Source: Vicugna vicugna | Taxonomy: Eukaryota | Reading direction: 5' to 3' | DNA length: 64,000 nucleotides | Assembly: GCA_013265495.1 (NCBI GenBank) | Contig: MU061168.1 | Location: forward strand, 1,400,209-1,464,208 | Part shown: piece after piece, positions 60,243 through 64,000 of the stretch | Position numbering within the stretch: the stretch's first letter is position 1 | How the letters are laid out: each line of letters begins with the position of its first letter | The notes under the pieces: generated by a model | Databases searched by the model: none | Seen by the model: only the letters and a program-made list of their open reading frames with translations | Told to the model about the DNA's origin: nothing | Made by a program: the position numbers and the translations under genes

Positions 60243-61224
60243 GAATAAACTCCAGGTTTATGTCCCCTAAATGATTTTTAAGGCACAAAAAGCCAAGAAT
60301 ACATCACTAATGTTTTCTTATGTTCCTGAAAGTCTGGTTCCTCAAAGAAGGGGGAGCTTTGAGATATCAGGAAATCTTGGGGAAAATGTCACCAATTAAA
60401 ATACTAAAACCTTATCCTATTATCAGCACAATGGTGTTACCAGAGATGACCTATGAGATGCCTTTTCCACCAAAACAAGGGAGAAGGAAGAAAAGGTATT
60501 GGAGGCAGAAGGAAGAGCACACATTGGCCAAGCCAGGGGTAGAGTAGGTGGGCACTCAGAGTAATCAGTCATGGTGCTTGCCTTGCTCATGGCCCTTTCT
60601 AGGTAAGTGTGAGCCATTCCACCCCTGTCTGCAGCTGATTGGATGGGAAGTGCTTACTGACCCCAGGGGCAGCCACTTGTCTGCAGGCTGGTCAGCAACC
60701 TATGAAGTTGCCCTGCACACAAGAGGTCAGTCAGTCAGATTTTTTCTTTCTCAGGACTGTGAACTAGAAGATGCCAAGAGAAAGAGGCTGTGAGGAACCA
60801 GGGTGAAGCTTAAGTGTTGTGTGAAGAGGAGCCTTGAGGAAGAGTGGGAGCTGAGAGGGGTCATGCAGAGTCCAAGTTCTGAGAAGCAGGGACTCAAGGC
60901 AGAGAAACGGCAGGTTGAAAGAATAAGCAATGAAGACGCTGCAACAGACAAGTCCCAGGGAGCGACGGTACCTGCTGGTGTGGAGTGACAAGGTGGACAT
61001 CACTCACTCCAGAGGATCTTCTTCTGCAGGTGGGGGCAGATGTGACCAGGAAGTCCCCTGTCCCTGGTATCAGGGTCCTTTTCTCTTCCTCATTAATCCA
61101 CATATATCCTTAAAAATGCCCGTCTCCCCACTCAAATTTGAGTTATTTGCAATTGAAAGAACTCTAGTTGAAGGAAGCAGGGGCTAGACCCAGGTGTCTG
61201 CCAAGACCTGGAATTTATGGATGC

Positions 61225-61560
61225 CCCATCAGAGCTTGTTCTATGGTAGGTGACAGAAAACCCAACTCAATTTGGTTTAAGACCAATGGCATCGTACTGT
61301 CTCACAGAACTGACAAGTCCAGTAGCAAGCTTCACACATGCTGGACTGAGGGCCTCAGACGATGTCCTCGGGACTCTCCCCTGTATCTGCTCCGTCCTTC
61401 TCTGTATTGTCTTCAGGCAACACACTTACATTCTATGGACATGGCGTGTCTTCTTCCTGGCTGTTTTGGCAAAAACCCTGGGAACGAAGATTGGACCAAC
61501 TTGAACTAGAGACCTGTCCCTGAACAAATGGATTGGTGGGACCAGTCCTGCTCCACTTCA
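61225..61560 (-). mobile_element. Old MLT1 (L/M/N-like) LTR
   Basis: gtgacagaaaacccaactcaatttggtttaag, gggcctcagacgatgtc. Confidence 0.65.
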
Positions 61561-61919
61561 TAAACTAAACTAAGGGCAAATTACAGACAAACAAGTGTAG
61601 CAGTTTACCAGTGTGTGCTCATGTGTGTGTAACCATGCACCTTTAAATGCATCCATTCGTTCCAGCTGGAGCTCAGACACGATAGAAAAAAACAGAACCT
61701 TAACCTCGCCATCATCCCTACACGAATGCATCTTTTAATTTAAATAGAAATTAGTTCGGAAGCCAATACACATTTAATCTATGTTCATTACTTTTTTTCA
61801 TCTTAAAATAACTTTGCAATTTCACATAGACAGTGGCAAATCATGATTAGAGGGTGATAGGACCATGAGAAAATGAGGTTCTCTGTGAACCTAGAAGGAA
61901 ACCAGCACCGAGTAGCAGA

Positions 61920-62110
61920 AAGGTAGGTCCTGGGGTCGAAAGGGTTGAATCTGGTCCTGTCACCTACTGGCTTGAGTCATTCAACCCCTTTAGGCCTCAG
62001 AATCTGTAATTGGAGATGGCGATAGACATCTTGTGTTGTTGGTGAGGGTTAAATGCAAGATAAGATTTCTGGCACGTGGGAGGTGCTGACTAGTGGTAGC
62101 TATTGTTATC
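61920..62110 (+). mobile_element. MIR SINE
   Basis: ttgaatctggtcctgtcacctactggcttgagtcattcaacccc..gttgttggtgagggttaaatg. Confidence 0.7.
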
Positions 62111-63420
62111 AGGAGCCTGTTTCCTGGCTACACAGATCAGCACTGCAAGATCCTTCTGCCTTCAGGCAACACACACAGCATCATTTCAGACTTCCTGCCG
62201 AGCTGCTTGGCCTGAGCCTACACTCAGCTGACCCCCCTGGTAAAGAAAAACCCTGCTTGAAATCAGTTGACAGTGAGCACTTTGAAAACTATAGGTGAAA
62301 TTCAGCTGATAGTAAGTTAATAACTAGCTGGAGCCAAAATAGCCTGATAATGATGAGAGAAAATATATGTCAGATAGAATTCAGTCTTTTTATTTTCCAG
62401 ACTAGTTTGTGCAGGTGGTTATAGACGCCTGCTATAAACGGCATCCTAAAACCTTAGACCCAGGAGTTTGTAAAGCAGTCCCCAAGAGAGTGTTCGTGCA
62501 TGTGTGTGTATGTATGTGTGTGCACGTGTGTTTTGGGTGAGCAACAGGAACAGAGGCGTTGCTGAAGGGGTCCTGAAGTTGGGCACAGAGGCTGATGAGC
62601 CTCCTGGCAGGTGATAGGATCCTTGCCAAACCGGTGACTAGAGCCTGGGAATGACTGACGGGCTTGGGTCCCACCTGGGGCTGCTCTTGCTGTGGCTGTC
62701 TGCAGGAGAGAGCAGGCCCAGAGATGTCTTAATGGAGAATTCCAAAGCTGGTTTTGAATAGAACCTTGCAGTAGCCAGCGTCATAAGAGACAGTCAGTGG
62801 GAACCCGGCTCTGTGGCTCATGAGCTAAGCTCGGGGCCAGAGCTCCACCACTGTGCCATCCGTTCAGCAATGCACTTCCTGCCTCGTCCTTGCAAGCCAG
62901 ATGTGGGGGCCACACCATGAACTGGCTCCAAATCAAAACGCACATGGACCTCATCTTTCATGGACCCTTTCTCTAGTGTATCACAGGGGAAAGGCAGTGT
63001 CATGTGGGGCAGTCACTTGGCGGCTAGAGTTTTATAAAGATAAAGAAAGTCACACTCAAAGCCTTGTAGTTAAGGAGCGCTGCTAGCTTTTAAGTCCTAC
63101 GTCTCTAGGCCAGAAATAAAGGGTGATGAGAGTTTGGTCATTCATTCCTTTATTTGTTCATTTCCCCCTGTCTTGCTCTTCAAAGAAACAGAAGCATTTT
63201 CAATAAGGGGAGAAGCCACTGAGGAACAGGAATATAGATGCACCTCAAACATCAGTTGACATTTTAATATATTGATCTTAAAATTGGGTTCTGAGCTTCC
63301 TAGAAGAAGGAAACGTGCTGTAACTGATAAAGGGAGGCATACCAGCACATCTGGAGAAAAACGTTTTCTTGTGATAATTTCTCTAAATAAGGGTCAAACA
63401 ATTGTGTAAGTTACTGTAAA

Positions 63421-63628
63421 TCAGTGGCTCTTCGAGTGTGGTCCCTGGCCACCACGACCACCACCATCATCGTCATCATCATGGACATCGTTACAAAGGC
63501 AGATTCTCAGGCTCCATCCCAGACCTACAAATCAGATACTCTGGGGGGCAGGGTGGAGCCCAGCAATTTGAGCTTTAACAAGCCCACTAAGTGTTTCTGA
63601 TGGATGCTGAAATTTAAGAACCACTGTT
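63421..63628. mobile_element. MER5A hAT-Charlie MITE with an internal (CAC/CAT)n expansion
   Basis: cagtggctcttcgagtgtggtcc...gcagattctcaggctccatcccagacct...tttaagaaccactg. Confidence 0.85.
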
Positions 63629-64000
63629 TTAAATTTTGTGCTTAGATTTTTAAGGAGGGGCCAGATGCTACTGACTACCTTGATACCTGTCTGCCTCGTT
63701 TAGCGTGCCCTCAGCAATCCGCAAATGCAGGTGACCTATTTCTTGGCCTTTCCCAAGCCTGTGGTCTTGGTATAACAATGGAATAGGGAGGCCAGAGCTG
63801 TCTGTCACCAGCTCTATTCACCCCCCACTAGTTTTTAGAAAGACGATGGCTATTTTTGGAAGATTCATTTTATCAGAATTTTCTTCACCTTCAAACTTGC
63901 ACTGATGTAACATGAATGTGTTTTTGCATCTTCTCCAGCTGCAAATCTTTGTCAGTATTGCCAGGGGAAAAAAAACCCTTATAAAATATAACTAGTATAA

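Noticed and set aside
62380-62420. Strong acceptor ctttttattttccAG
   Set aside because: No convincing donor or reading frame follows.
1-64000. CRISPR arrays, operons, rRNA genes or non-retroviral viral insertions
   Set aside because: The sequence is mammalian; I saw no regularly spaced repeat-spacer array, rRNA similarity or recognisable viral protein other than ERVL.

Overview
This is mammalian non-coding genomic DNA, most likely from a camelid. The assignment rests on five tRNA-Ala(AGC)-derived SINE copies that match my recollection of the camelid Vic-1 family, plus lineage-type L1 3' ends. I could not recognise any protein-coding exon, and nearly all ORFs in the track are chance or repeat-derived. 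Much of the window is transposon-derived: an MLT2/ERVL provirus remnant (7.9-12.6 kb) with a recognisable gag fragment and a dead RT, many 5'-truncated L1 3' ends with target-site duplications (TSDs), HAL1, old MaLR/ERVL/ERV1 LTRs, hAT and Tigger MITEs, L2, MIR and CR1. There is a full-length U6 snRNA retrocopy with a TSD at 19.1 kb, and nine N-runs totalling about 1.44 kb. The strongest unique-sequence signal is a short CpG island at about 20.1-20.3 kb with three half-CRE sites spaced 53-54 bp apart and an adjacent AP-1/MARE pair. Weaker leads are several plus-strand exon-like segments, a 13-bp hairpin next to a splice donor, a SINE carrying extra 3' sequence, and an orphan insertion in the ERV RT. 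I did not find a new biological system that I can support; the findings are leads. Repeat family names come from remembered consensus sequences, not a database search, and boundaries are approximate.
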